A stretch of 63,987 nucleotides of DNA, counting the filler, from Folioceros fuciformis (Eukaryota): the NCBI GenBank assembly GCA_049999805.1. It is 7 parts of 7 records of this genome, joined end to end, with 100 filler letters (N's around TTAATTAATTAA, not from the genome) between each part and the next. Parts side by side here need not be neighbours in the genome. Positions count along the whole stretch, not along the records: positions 43,878 to 58,622 come from JBNGIO010005328.1; positions 58,723 to 62,082 come from JBNGIO010005333.1; 5 more parts are not named here. One strand, written 5' to 3'. Of the stretch, positions 49,700 to 62,182 are shown in pieces. Positions within the stretch are counted from its first letter, which is position 1, and every line of letters begins with the position of its first letter. Position numbers and translations under genes: made by a program. The notes beneath the pieces were generated by a model that had not been told where the DNA came from, made no database searches, and saw nothing but the letters and a program-made list of their open reading frames with translations.

Positions 49700-52600
49700 G
49701 GGAGATAGACCCGGGCTCCAGTTCCTTAGGATAAGGTAATAAAGGACCAGGAACCCTATAATGGGCCATGGGAGGTGAGCCGGGGCTCTCTCCGGCCGAT
49801 GCTGGTGGAAGCGGGATACGGGGATAGAGGTGCCTGAGACCGAGGGTCTGAGAGTAGGATGTCACGGAGGGCCTAAGATTGTGGGAGCATCAGAGTCGGG
49901 AAAAGCTAGCCAGCCAAATGGCCAGGTCAGGGGAGCGTCAACTCAGGGTAAGTAGGCTGGAGGGTAGCCGGATGAGGAATGGGCCGGCTGTTCGGCTAGC
50001 CACACTGATCGGCTGACTTGACCTGGGCGAGACCGGGCAGTGGCGGCTGAGGCAGAAGGTATAGCAAACCGATTGGTTGATCTGGCCAGGCTAGTTGGTG
50101 GATTGACGGCAGGAGGGAAGCTAGATGGGTGCAGCCGGCCAGTAGGGAGCTTCGGCCAGCAAGGCAGTCAACCAGGTGAGTTGCTGGAGCACTGGCAGGA
50201 GTCGGGCTCGGCAGCCAGATTGGACGTGCTGATTGGCTGGGCCGATGGCCGGGTCTTGGCCTATAGGAACGAAAAGTGCTGGTAGCTGACCACAGGGAGC
50301 CTGACCGGATCGGTAGGCCGCTCAAGCTAGGCGGCCTGGGGGAAATCTATCGGGCTATACGCAGGTGGCCAGCAGCATAGGCAGGTGGCGATCAGATTGC
50401 GAGCACCAGCACATGCGGGCCGATCGGAAGGAGGATGGCTACCTGGTTTGATGGGCTCTCGGCAGGATCTAGCCAACCTGCTACATCTGGCCGGCTGGGC
50501 GGCCAGCAACAGCAGGGCGTCAGACCAGATGGATCGGGGGCCAGCAGCAACCTGACGAAGGGCTTGGAGTAGGATCAGAGCCGGGATGAGCTCCGGCTGC
50601 AGGGGGCGAGTTCTGCTGGGCGGTGTGGCTGGCCCTGGCTGGGCACAGTGGCATGGTTGGCCACCTTAGGTAGTCGATCGCCCAGCCCTCAAACGGCCAG
50701 GATGGGCCGGGATGGCAGGCAGCTGGGGCCAGAGGATCTAGAAGCCAGGCCAAACCACAAGAGCAAATTGGGCCGGAAGGCAGAAGAGAGGGCTGCTGAG
50801 GAGGATCGGCAAGCGGGGCTGGCCGGGCAAGTTTGCTGGCATCCCGGGCAGCCCGGTTGATCGAGACAGGAGACCGGTCAAGGCTAGCTCAGCAGGGGTT
50901 GGCTGCTCAGCAGCAGCCGGGATTAGCGAAGGCAGGTTTGCTAGAGCTAGATAGGCGGATGGCTGGTTGGGGCTGCCCGACCAGTTGGCCTAGTGAGCTG
51001 TAAGCAGGCCAGCCAAGGGCTGGGCCGAAGCACGTCGGCGCAGCCAGTTCGGCCTAGCTGCTCAGCTAGCCGGGCTGGCAGGATGCAAGCTCTAGGCAGC
51101 CAGGCTTACGGGCTGCCTGCAAGCCAGGGAGTAGCCTGGCTAGGTAGGCAATTGGGCTGATGGGAGGCGGTCTTGCAGGTCCATGCTTTAGGCCGGTTGG
51201 TGGATCCAGCCGGGCTGGCCAGAGCTAGATTAATTGGGAGTCCACAGAGGCAGAGCAGCCAAGCTAAGTCCGGGCAAAAGGCAAAAGAAAGGTGACGGGC
51301 TGCTGAGGAGTCTCAACAACCGTGAGCATGGGACGGATGCATGTGGGCTGGGTAGAATCCAGGCAACGGCCGCCTGGCTGTCATAACCAAGCAGTCACTG
51401 GCCTGCTAATGGCGTGGTAGGATTCGGAAGCCGGGCAGTGAGGTGCCTAGCTGGATTGAGAGGTTAGGGCCTCGGGCCTGTCGATCGGGCAGGGCTTGGT
51501 GACTAAGGATGTCCTTGCGGATATGACCACAGGTGGAGGGCCAGCAGACTTGGCTGCTAGTAGCCAGGGACCCTGGAGGGGGTCGATTGGTCGATCCGGA
51601 AGGCTGGCTGGTTGGCTGGCCAGGTGATAAACGGATTCGGCCGCCAACGCCAGGCTAGGACAGGTGATCGGGCGGCTTGGCTGGTCACAGTTGGGAGCAG
51701 AGCAGCGAGGTCGGGGCCAGAAGCAGGCCTGGTAGGCAGCTGACAGACGGGACTTGGTGGCACATACCGATGGGCAGGCCAGGCCAGAGGCAGCACCGAA
51801 GCCTGGCCGACGTGGATGAGGTTGGTTGCAAGGCCGGTGCGTCAGGATCAGCTTCGGGGCTATGGCAATCAGGATGCAAGGCAAGCCGGCTTGAAGGCAC
51901 CTGGACTGATCAGCAACAGGTCGGCGGGGCCAGCAAGTTGGCTGGATCATGGCCAGGCCAACCCGGCGGGGAACAAGGTGCTGCCTCGCGATATGAGGAG
52001 GCTGACGAAACCCAGCAGGCAGAAGAACGGTTGTCACGACTGGAGCCAGGCAGCCAGCCTTGGTGATGCACCCACAGCAAGGAGGCAGACTAGCTGGTTG
52101 ATCTAGCTGGCCGAGTTGGATCAGGTGGGCTATGGCCGGCCAAGCTGGATCTGCAGCAACAGGCGAAGCTGGGCGCTTCGAGTCGATCGGGGCCAGGTGG
52201 CACATACCGATGGGCAGACAGATGGGACCCAAGCAGGCAGGGCGCCTCGGGCTATGGAAGAATCCAGGGAGTCGTGGCTGGATGGATCGGGTCTAGCCAT
52301 GGGCTGGCAGACCTAGGCGCTGTCGGCATGGCAAGCATTGGAGACTGGTCAAGGTTTGGGCAAGATTGAAGCAGGCGCTGTCGGCATGGCAGGGACCCAT
52401 AGGTGTAGCAAGCTAAGTAGTGGCAGGTCGGCGGGTAGACCGGAGCCAGGAACAGGAGGTTAGCTGGCGGATGGCTGGGGGGGAGTTGGCCTGGCCAGTG
52501 GCACCAGCTCCTCGCCAGGAGGCCGGCTGGTCGCCTAGCCAGGCTGGTTGGCGGACTAGTGACAGACAGATCTGGCCAGGCAGTCAAGGACCGTCAGTTC

Positions 52601-53350
52601 CTGGACACGCCCGACGTCTATGGGCCACACACCAACGGGGGTTGGTTGGCAAGGCCATTAAGGGCATCTGGGATAGGGTGCAGCTGCCTACCAAGTTCAG
52701 CATCACGCGGGATCCTGCTGCGTAGAATTGTGGAATACACGGGGAGCTGGAGTATGTGTGGGCGGCACTGGAGGCAAGTTCGGAGTGGCTGGGTGTTGAC
52801 TACGTCGGTTCCTCCTGTCAGTACCACGTCGACACCATCGCGCTCATCGAAGCCATGGTAGGGGAGATGAAGAAGCTGGTGAAGTAGGGGGAAGACACCC
52901 GACCAGCTGGTGCTTGCGTGGGTCCATCACAAGGGAGATGATATGATGCCCAATCCAGGAACAACTAAGGTGCACAATTTTGAGGAGAACGTTTCCGCGG
53001 ACATCAAGCTTCCCGAGGATAGCAAGAAGGAGGCCCTAGCCGGGTTTAGCGGGAAGGATGGGCTGGCAGATCCAGCCGATCGGGAGGTCGGATTGGTAGA
53101 TTAGGCGGGTTGGGAAACGATGGATCCAGGTGGGTTAGCGATCACAGCCGCCAGGCGAGCAGGAGACTGGCTACGGGTGTACAGATCTGGGGTTGGTAGA
53201 ATGGAGGGGGAACCTGAAGGTAGAAGACTCTGAAGAATGCAGGATGGTCGGAGGGCAGGAGATGATCCCATCCCGGAGAGAAGGGGAAATGAGAAGCACC
53301 CCTGATTTGTGGTAGTTATTTTGGGGTAGAGGGCAGCTAACGGTGTCAAG
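49700..53350. other. GC-rich low-complexity, internally repetitive region, probably decayed transposon sequence
   Basis: Dense CCAG/CTGG/CCGG/CTAG words and internal repeats (ggtggcacataccgatgggcag at about 51756 and 52196). No recognisable protein. Confidence 0.45.
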
Positions 53351-53404
53351 GGGTAACGAGCAATTAGAAGTAGGGGTAGTTTAGAGTTAGGGTTCTTGGT
53401 TGGA

Positions 53405-53665
53405 GTTAGGTCTAGGTCAGACCTAGGTTAGGTCTAGGCCAAACCTAGGTTAGGTCTAAGCCAGACCTATGTTAGGTTTAGGTCAAACCTAGGTTAGGTC
53501 TAGGTCAGATCTAGGTTAAGGTTAGGTCTAGGTCAGATCCAGGTTAAGGTTAGGTCTAGATCAGACCTAGGTTAGGTCTAGGTCATAGGATGGACCTAAG
53601 TTAGGTTAGGTCTAGGTTAGACTTAGGTAAGGTTTAGGTCAGAACTGGATGTAGGATGGTTTAGG
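53405..53665 (+). repeat. Tandem array of a 22-bp unit TTAGGTCTAGGTCAGACCTAGG, about 10 degenerate copies
   Basis: Read directly. Confidence 0.85.
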
Positions 53666-54347
53666 TCGGAGAGAGAGATGGTTAGGTAGTTGACTCAGGT
53701 TAACCCTAGTAGACAGAGATGGAGGATAAGTGGGGAGACCTGCCATTGAGACAGGGCTATCTACGGTGCGATTTCCCTAAACCTTATGTGCAGAACTCCT
53801 GGCTTAGGGCGTTGAGACTGAATCAAGGTCCTGATTTTCCTTGCCACTAGGGGAACGTGGAGGATCCCAAGACTGCCAAGATCCGTGTGGCCGGATCCGC
53901 AAGGGCTGAATGATTCGCAGGTTGGCTGAAGAGAAGTGACAGGACCGTGAGCCAGGAGGGCTATCCAGTCCTAGTATCCACACTACGCTTGAAGGCTGCA
54001 AGGAGTGAAGCCGTTGTGTCCCAATTTCCAGGGAATAGCTGAAGCACAGAGAGGAAGAGTTGGAGTGAAGGGCTTAGAAGTGAAGAGTGAGTTGCTGAGG
54101 TGCAGGGGTGTATGCTGAAGTGATGGGTGAAGGGCTGAAGTGATGGGTGAAGGGCTGAAGTGGAGGAAGGACTGAAGTGGAAATCATGAAGGGCCAAAGG
54201 ACTGAAGATCTGGAGTGTGAGTTGTGTGAGCTGATTTAAAGAGAGGCAAGGTTTCTGGCCTCTTGTTGTGTGTGTGCGTTCAAGCTTATAGACTGGCTCA
54301 TAGGTAGAAGTGTGAGTAAATAGCTGTAGGTGTTCCTTGACCCTAGT

Positions 54348-54545
54348 TCACTCCCTTGGGAGCGAATTATGAGGCTGCAACGACAATAAGGGGGAGGTGT
54401 GGCCCTTTGGTGGTTCTTGGGTGCAAGAAATCACTCCACAGCGAATATGTAGTGTGGGGTTAAAATATGGTACCCGGGGGTACCGCGAGGTCCACACAAG
54501 CCCTCTATGTCGTTGTAGCTCTGGGATTCGATCCCAAGGGAATGA
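54348..54545. repeat. Imperfect inverted repeat with arms of about 75 bp
   Basis: tcactcccttgggagcgaat...gctgcaacgaca...gtgtgg pairs with ccacac...tgtcgttgtagc...attcgatcccaagggaatga. Confidence 0.75.
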
Positions 54546-55195
54546 TTCGTGTTAAACTACACAGGTTAGCTTCTAAAGTCAATTAGCACCTAAACTCGAC
54601 TGACCCACGCACACACGTCTAGTGCTCGGTCCTTACCTAGCCCCCTTACTTCTCCCACCAGACGACTCTCCTACCACCCAGTCGCACCAGGGACTACCTC
54701 CCCCTGGACTACTCTTGGTGGGCCACCGGACTACCCTCCGTTCCCCAATGGACTACTACCGTCGTCTTTCGGGCTACCACTCGTGGGCCCCACTCTCTCT
54801 CTCTTTCTCTGTCTAAGGTTTTCTCTCTCTCCGAGTCGTCCCTACCCAACTGTTTTCTCGCGCTTTCCCTTCTGCGCTTTCCTTCCTTGGTTCTCCACAA
54901 AATCACTTCTCACCCTCAGGATCAAACGCACACACATATGAACAGCAAGAATCTGCCGGTCGCCTTCCACCCATGTGATTTCACACTCTAGGTACACCCT
55001 CTGCAGTCTCAAATCAACTTCCTCACACTCTCTCCAGTCTCATCGCGGCTAGTCACTCATACACACCACGTCTCGTTACACGTTCGTTACTCACCTCGCT
55101 TCCAGGGTTTCTCCGGCTTCGTTCTCCACTCACCAGTTTTCAATATACGTTCTCCTCGTCTCTGGTTACTCGCTTCTCCTCTTTCTCACACACGC

Positions 55196-57600
55196 GCACC
55201 CTCGCGCTTCTTTTTTATCCAATCCTCCGTCTTCTTTCTCAGCAATGCCCCTCCTGGGCTTCCATGAACATTGAGGAACGGTGAGGTACCGGAGCTAAGG
55301 GAAGAGGGACCTCTTCCACTCCGAACTCGCGGATTCGGCTCCGACACCTACACCACCCACGTGACCACTCCGAGGATAGCTGGGGACCTCTCTCCCACTC
55401 GGCGAGGCTCCTCCTCCCGATTCGTCCCCGGACCTGATCTCGGAGCGCCCACCACCTACACCCGCACCCCAGGTTGCTACGTGTGCTCGCTTGCCAGGAC
55501 CTCCTGTCCAGCAACGGCCATCGCTAGGTTCCTGCAAGGTCGACTGCTCGGCTGGTGTTTTGCTACTTCCTTAGGCCTTCAAACCGGCCTCTTGTACACG
55601 ATGATGGCAGTTTTTCTGCCATAAAGTCTGTCAGGCAAGGAGGCTGCGCCCTCGGGCGCCCAGCCTTGCTCTTCCCCTTCACTCTCTCTCTGGCCTCATC
55701 TCGCTCCCGCTTGTATCTGTCAGCTAACTTCTGGGCCTGCTCCACAGCGGCTATCTCCATCTCCTGTGCCTTGGCCATTTCCTGTTGCAACTCCAGGTTA
55801 GTCTCGTGAGCCTCCCTCACCTGAGCTAGCAGGGCCCCCTGTTGCTCTTTCAACGCCTGCACTTCTGCCCTCGCCTTGCGCGCCTCTTCCTCGGCTTGAG
55901 CCTTCTCCCTGTCCAGAACCCGCTGATTCCCCTCCAGCAGTTGCCGCGCTGTCTCCGACTCCGCCAGTTGCCTTCTTACTTCAACCTCTCGCTCACGAGC
56001 CTCCTCTTCCTTCACCTAAGCCTCGGTTTCTGGCTTGGCTTGTACACTTAACCAGGTCAGGGCCCTAGCAGCCTGATCCAGGAGGTCTGCTTGGGCTTGT
56101 ACCATTGCAGCAGTCAGTCCGGGCAAGTCCACCTCCTGCACCCCTCTAGTGCCCATTCCTGTCGCCGTGATTTGTTTGTCCAAGAGTTCTCGCAACTTGT
56201 CCAGGTCCCCCACCTGCAACCTGTCTCTCTGAGGCCTGCACCTGAAAATGTCCTCCCACCCTGAAAAACCCTCCTGTGCTGTAACGCGCCCTAACTTATC
56301 CTCCTGTCTGGAGGAAACTGTGTGGGCTGCCATCACCTGATCCCGTGGCTCCTCGGGTCTTGTCTCACCCTGACCTTGTTCCTCCAACCTTCGGTCCTCG
56401 ATTCCCTGGACAGCTGGTTCTCGTTCTCCCTCCTGCTGGCCTGTCTGCTCCAGGGCTGTCCCCCCTTCCTCCTAATCAGCCCCCATGCTCACACTTGGTC
56501 CTCTGATCCTTTTCCTCCTGGTGGGAGCCTTCTTTTGTGGGGCCATCCTCTTCCTGGGCTTGGCTGGGGTTTCCTCCTGCGAGCCATCCCCACTGTCAGC
56601 TTCCCAACTGCTAGAGGCAGCCCTTACTGGCTCAGCGGCTTCCACTTCACATCACAAACTGGCTTCCACAGGTGCAGCGAGGTCAGCCTTTCTAGCTCAG
56701 TGACCACGTTAGCATAACTATACACGTGGATTAGAAACGGGGAAATCATAGAAGGTTCAGGGGTGGGTCGGATCAGGTTCTGCCTCTCCTCATCCATCCG
56801 GGTGTATAAAATCCTTCCCCAGTCGATCTTGGTGCCCTTCACTACTTCATGCACAAACAGGAGCATCTGATCGGACAGATAATCCTGTTTGCATACCCGG
56901 AAGAAGCTCAGGAACCACCTGGCCAATCCCCAACAGCTGGGGACTTGCCATGTCGCGCACCAGCCACCCGTTCGCTTCCTTTCTCGTGCCTGCCTTGAGC
57001 AGTGTTTCCGCCGCTCCCGTTCCGCCACGCCTCTTCAGGGACTCCAGCACCAGCCCCCCTTCCTGCTGTTGGTCGTGCCCGTAGACCCTCCTGACCAACT
57101 CCAAGTTCCATTCCTGGGGTCTACCTCTGATCCCCTCCTCGCATACGGGCTCTATCAGCCTCAGGGCGCACTCCCTGACCAGCTGAGGTGCTGCATGGTT
57201 CCACTTCTGGGTCATAAAAGTCAGACCCAGCTCTGCCACCAATTTTCTTGCCCTGACTCTCCAATGCTCCATGTTGGGCCACAGAAGTAGGTCGATTTGG
57301 GGGACAGGAGGTCCCCTCTCCTGTCTAGAGGCTGCTGCTCCAGGGATCAGTTCAGGCCGCAACCTCATCCTACCTGTCCCCCTCCTCTCGCGCTCGGACT
57401 CAGAACTCTTCTGTCCTGGTCGCGCTCTGGCCCTTCCTCTGTTCGTCCAGATCTCTCCACCGCTCACACCTTGGAGGTCTTCCACTCCCCTACGCCTGCT
57501 CGACCCTTACGCCCTGCGCCGTCTGTCCCGTCGTCCTGGCGCTTTCGCCTTCCTCAACCACTTTACGCTTCAAGTTACTCCCGCTCCCCATGCTTCCGGA
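55196..57600 (-). mobile_element. Degenerate long ORF (coiled-coil C-terminus) in a dispersed repeat; probable retrotransposon accessory gene
   Basis: Collinear broken frames at 56847-57485, 56624-57028, 56016-56387 and 55563-56015 (KIDWGRILY, ISPFLIHVY, E/K/A/R heptads). The 3' part is duplicated at 7140-7593. Confidence 0.5.
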
Positions 57601-58765
57601 TACTGGACAAAGCTCCCCTTCCTCTAGGGTTTTTATACCCTGCCTGCTTTCTCTTCTTATCGCCCATCGGGCTACCACCAGTCGTTCCTCCGGCGACGGT
57701 TGCCCTGCCGGCTACCGTCGCCCCGTCGTCTCGGCCCTTACTTTGGCCTACCTTAATGTTCTCAAGGACTCGAGGGTCAGGGAGGCACTCGCTGCTTCCT
57801 CCTTCCTCCTGGTCCCAATCTCCAGTACACCCCAAACCCCGAAGCCCAAGGTGGACTTTGGGTATAAACACCCTGGTCTTACTCGCTTACTAAGCCGATT
57901 CGCCTGTCCCTTCACAAAAAGAATCACAACCTGCTCATTCCGTCGCTCAAAATGGGGATTCCGAAAGTTTTTTTCGTTCACATGTAGGAAGCTTCTTGTG
58001 CAGCTTCCTGTGGGCTTCTTGTGAAGCTTCCTAGGGAGCTCTTCTAGAGGGTATAATAACCCCCTTGAGCTCCCTTGTATTGTGAGACTCAATGTGAGAG
58101 TGTGACCTCTCTTTCTCCTCTCCTCCTTGCCTCCTCCTCTCCTCTCTTTCACCATGCTCCTCTAACAATCTTTTCACCCAAGACCCCCCAAACCACGCGC
58201 CTGCATAATATTGTCATGAAATTGTCAGTGTGCATCCTATTCCTATAACAGGTGCACTGATCAGCAGCTCACACATTTCCTATTTGCGTACACACCAAGA
58301 CTGAGCGTTCAGCTCATCTTCGTAGCATCCTTAGATGTTGCCCACTGGCTGGCAGTGTCCTTAAAGCGTCCTCACAAATGCAGTGACAGTGAAGAAAAAT
58401 GGATTTATCCTAATTAAATTCAATGAAAGTTGAAAGGGTCCCGTAGATAGCACACAACACACATGTCATGCGAGTCACCCCGAGTCCCCCGCGTTCTAGC
58501 CTCAGCGTCCACCACAGTAGTCACGACGAACACCAATGGCCAATCCTCAGACTACTCGATACGCACACTAAGCGATTGGGTAGCACAAAAACATGAGCTG
58601 AAGTAAGTCATCCCCCTTTTGANNNNNNNNNNNNNNNNNNNNNNNNNNNNNNNNNNNNNNNNNNNNTTAATTAATTAANNNNNNNNNNNNNNNNNNNNNN
58701 NNNNNNNNNNNNNNNNNNNNNNTGAGCTCTTATGGTCTGTCCCTGCTTGGTTTAGGACCTGCAGT

Positions 58766-58929
58766 GTGTTGCCGGCTGTGCAACATCTGGTAGGATCGCA
58801 AGCCGCGTGTTGCTGGCTGTACAGTGTCTGGTAGGATCGCAGGCAGCGTGTTGCCGGCTGTATAATGTCTAGTGGGATCGCGGGCAGCATGTTGCCGCTT
58901 GTATAGTGTCTGGTAGGATCACAAGGTGT
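58766..58929 (+). repeat. 41-bp tandem repeat, 4 copies
   Basis: Units start at 58766, 58807, 58848 and 58889 (gtgttgccggctgt...tctggtaggatcgc). Confidence 0.9.
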
Positions 58930-59969
58930 AATAACCAGGGTGAAGGGGCTTGCCCCTAGCTCTTGATTGTAAAGGATGTGTCTTTCTCTCGATCTGTCTA
59001 CTCTTGTTCCTTGTTTGGACAAGTGCTGTAGGCCGGCCATGTTTCATGGCGTCTGGTAAGGTTGTGGGGAGGAGATACCCGAGAGGGGAGTGTGTTCCGT
59101 TCTTTCTTTTCTTTGGGGTTAGTCTAGTGACTCTTGCCAGGTAGCAGGAGTCAGGAGGGAAGTGTAGAAGGTAGTGGTGTCATTGTTAGTTGCCGGTGTT
59201 GGTGCTGGAGTGAGAGAGTGAGGGAAGCCGCAGATCTAAGAGATTAGGGTCGTTGTAGTGACTGGAGTGAGTTTGTGGGCACCGAGAGAGGTGCAGCTGA
59301 CCGCTGGACAGCGAGGCCTGTCCTATGCCTGATTGGAGCTAGAGGGGAGCCCTCGAATCCATCATCGAGTCGATCAAGTCCGACCCTCCATCCACAGCAG
59401 CAAGGAACCCCATGGCTCCTTCGTGGGAACGAAAGCCAATGTCTCAACGATAGTGGGATAAGTGTGGCCACTAAAGGTGGAACCCGTTGGCAATCAGTGC
59501 CCGGGGTTTTGCCTCCACATCCTCCCCAAGGATGCACCCCATCGCAAAGACGGGTGTGTCCCCATGCATCGGCGGGAAGGCTGCCATGGCAAAGCAATTA
59601 ATTGTCTCCGTGGTCCAGAGTGGCGATGGCTCACAGCCTGTAATCTAGAGCAAGCATGGCGGCGCTCAAGCCTCTGATTTCGAAGAAATTTGGTGCTTGC
59701 TCTCGGTGCCATCGCTATGAGCGAAGGGCTTGCCGCGACATGCTGTTTGACAGGAGAGAGGAAGGGGCTCTAAGCCTCTCCCCTCTTTGCCTCATTACTG
59801 ACTCTTTATATATGTAGGATTACAAATTGTTTTCATGTCACAAAGGGGGAGTTCAGGTGGCGATGCCTTTATCGACACTCCACAGTTAAGTGCTCCTGTC
59901 CCCGATCAGGACTGGGATGGCGGACCTGTGGGGTAGGCTTTTTTTTTTTTTTTTTAACATCTATACGAT

Positions 59970-60197
59970 GCTCTAATACCATGTAAAATTTCCAATTAAT
60001 AGGAAGCAAGATTATATCTTAAACTACATTCCATTTCTTATATTAAGCGTTATATTGAAGTACAAAGGTAAGTGTTTCTTTTATAGGTGCCTGAGGCACC
60101 TCTTCACTAGGGGTGTGATCATTTGGGGATTAACCTAACTTAAACTAACTGCTAACTGGGATTATGGATTACTTAATAGAAGAAACTATTCCTAACA
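59970..60197 (-). mobile_element. LTR remnant (about 59982-60197, TGTTAG...TTACA) with an adjacent tRNA-Met PBS variant TGGTATTAGAGC
   Basis: Plus strand gctctaatacca is followed by tgtaaaa, with a reverse TATA-like ttttatag at about 60080. The outer boundary is tentative. Confidence 0.55.
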
Positions 60198-60892
60198 TTG
60201 CAACATATGGCCTAGAAAGTGCAATAGAATGCCTCCATTTCTAGTGGTGCTAAGACATACCTAAGACTCTAACCCCTAAGTCTTTGCATCTTTGTCTTAA
60301 TGCTTTAGAGTGTTATAGTCCTTCTCAAGGACGTCGGCATGCTCACCCCTTTTTGAGGAGCCATACAGATAGAGGGGATAAGGAGGATTATGTCTGCTAG
60401 CACATTTGATGAAGTGTTGTGTCTATTTTGCGTTCTCCTTGCAGACTAGCACACTAGGTTTGGGCTAAAAAATTCCATGGTCGAAAGAGAATTCTAGCTC
60501 TCTTCTTTCTATCATCAACCAAGCTTGTTCCATTGTGCTTAAAAGTGGTTTGTAGCCTTGAATCCTAGCCTTCCAAGCCTAGATTTTGAGCCCGCCTTAC
60601 TGCTACCCTCCAGTGCCTAACCTCCTTCTACAATTTGAGTAATGCCTTTCCCTCATGCTCTACTTGTGGTGACTTACCCTCCCTCTTTTGTGCACAATAT
60701 AGCATTGTAATTAGCACCCTTGAGTGTAAATGAGAGGAGAGGCCTGTCAAGAGCCTAAGCATGTGGCTTTGTAGCCACGTCAACAAGTTCCTTCTTCTAA
60801 TCAATTCATGTGCTTATTTTTACAATGCATACTAGTTTCCCTTATATAAAACTTGCAATATAAAACTTGCAATACATAAAACCAACTATCTA

Positions 60893-62082
60893 TCAATCCC
60901 ACATACCATATGGCTTTGCTGGATCCAATACATGCTGTAGTTGGTTGATATTAGAGATGGTTTCAAAACACATAGGACATGATTTTTCAGACTCCATTAC
61001 TTTACAAAATTGTGAAAATAATGCTGGAAATTTGCAACATGGGCTTATACTCCATTCCTTTAGCATCATGTGTTTTCCAGAAGCAATGCAAAACTACACA
61101 AGATCTCAATAGTTAAGGATCTAACTATCACTACAGAAATCTCAATAAAGGGAAATATATATGACCATAGTACCGGAATATTGCTGTAGCAAGTAGGGCA
61201 TTCCAATTGTGTTTCTGGAATCTCCAAGTTGCACTCTGGACAAGGTGTACAAGCTTCTTCCTCCTCATTCGCCTCTTGTTTTCTTACTATGCCTTCTATT
61301 TTACGTCTATATGTTGTTGGAATTAAATGTCTATATAGAATCAANNNNNNNNNNNNNNNNNNNNNNNNNNNNNNNNNNNNNNNNNNNNNNNNNNNNNNNN
61401 NNNNNNNNNNNNNNNNNNNNNNNNNNNNNNNNNNNNNNNNNNNNTAAGGATGCATGCATGTTTCAAAGCACTTTTTTTTAGCCCCGAACGTTGGCATTCA
61501 ATGATGGTTGATATGAGAATTGGAATTGTATGAGATGGAAAATGAGATATATGCTTTGCTACTCGAATCAACAATCTAGCACTCGATCTAAGAGAACAAG
61601 ACTTTGTGTGTTAAAGCAAATATGTCAGAAAGCATAGTCAGTGTTGTTATAAGTACGTGAAAGGACAAAATACTCACTTATGGTCTCCAAGCTTTACAAG
61701 AATTTTAACTAGCAAGTATGAATGTAGTAGCATAAGTTGTTTGGAGAGCTCTAAGGGAACCTTCTTGTTATGGTTTTGTAGCACAATACAATAATCCAAA
61801 AGTTGTCTATGTGCTGTTTTATAGTTTCCCATTTCCTAGATTAAAAAACGTGAATCAATATCAATAAATTTAAAAGTAGGAAAGATTATTTTTAAACATA
61901 TTTTAATAAGTTTTATTGATATTGATTCATTTAAAAAAAAATCTCTATCAATCCTTGTTGATCAAACCCTTTTAAATGATGAATCAATGAATATCAATAA
62001 AAATTATTATTATTATTTTTAGAAATACCTGTTCTTGGTGGGCTATCAGGAGAGCGGCTTTTGTTGCTTGTTCATAATTACC
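60893..62082 (-). CDS. WDR19: Intraflagellar transport protein 144 (WDR19), 3' exons only; the rest lies beyond the scaffold end
   Basis: In-phase exons read GNYEQATKAALLIAHQEQ / EMGNYKTAH...LMLLHSYLLVKILVKLGDH / ARLLIRVAKHISHFPSH...IECQRSGLKKSA...RKIEGIVRK...TPCPEC...ECPTCYSNIP / FCIASGKHM...CKFPA...CPMC*. This is collinear with the WDR19 C-terminus. Confidence 0.92.
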
Positions 62083-62182
62083 NNNNNNNNNNNNNNNNNN
62101 NNNNNNNNNNNNNNNNNNNNNNNNNNTTAATTAATTAANNNNNNNNNNNNNNNNNNNNNNNNNNNNNNNNNNNNNNNNNNNN

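Noticed and set aside
53405-53665. Palindromic repeats resembling a CRISPR array (also 58766-58929 and 63390-63987)
   Set aside because: Units abut with no unique spacers, there are no cas genes, and the context is eukaryotic.
61678-61835. Suspected frameshifts in a WDR19 exon missing from the ORF track
   Set aside because: Base-by-base reading gives an open, in-phase exon that is simply below the track's length cut-off.
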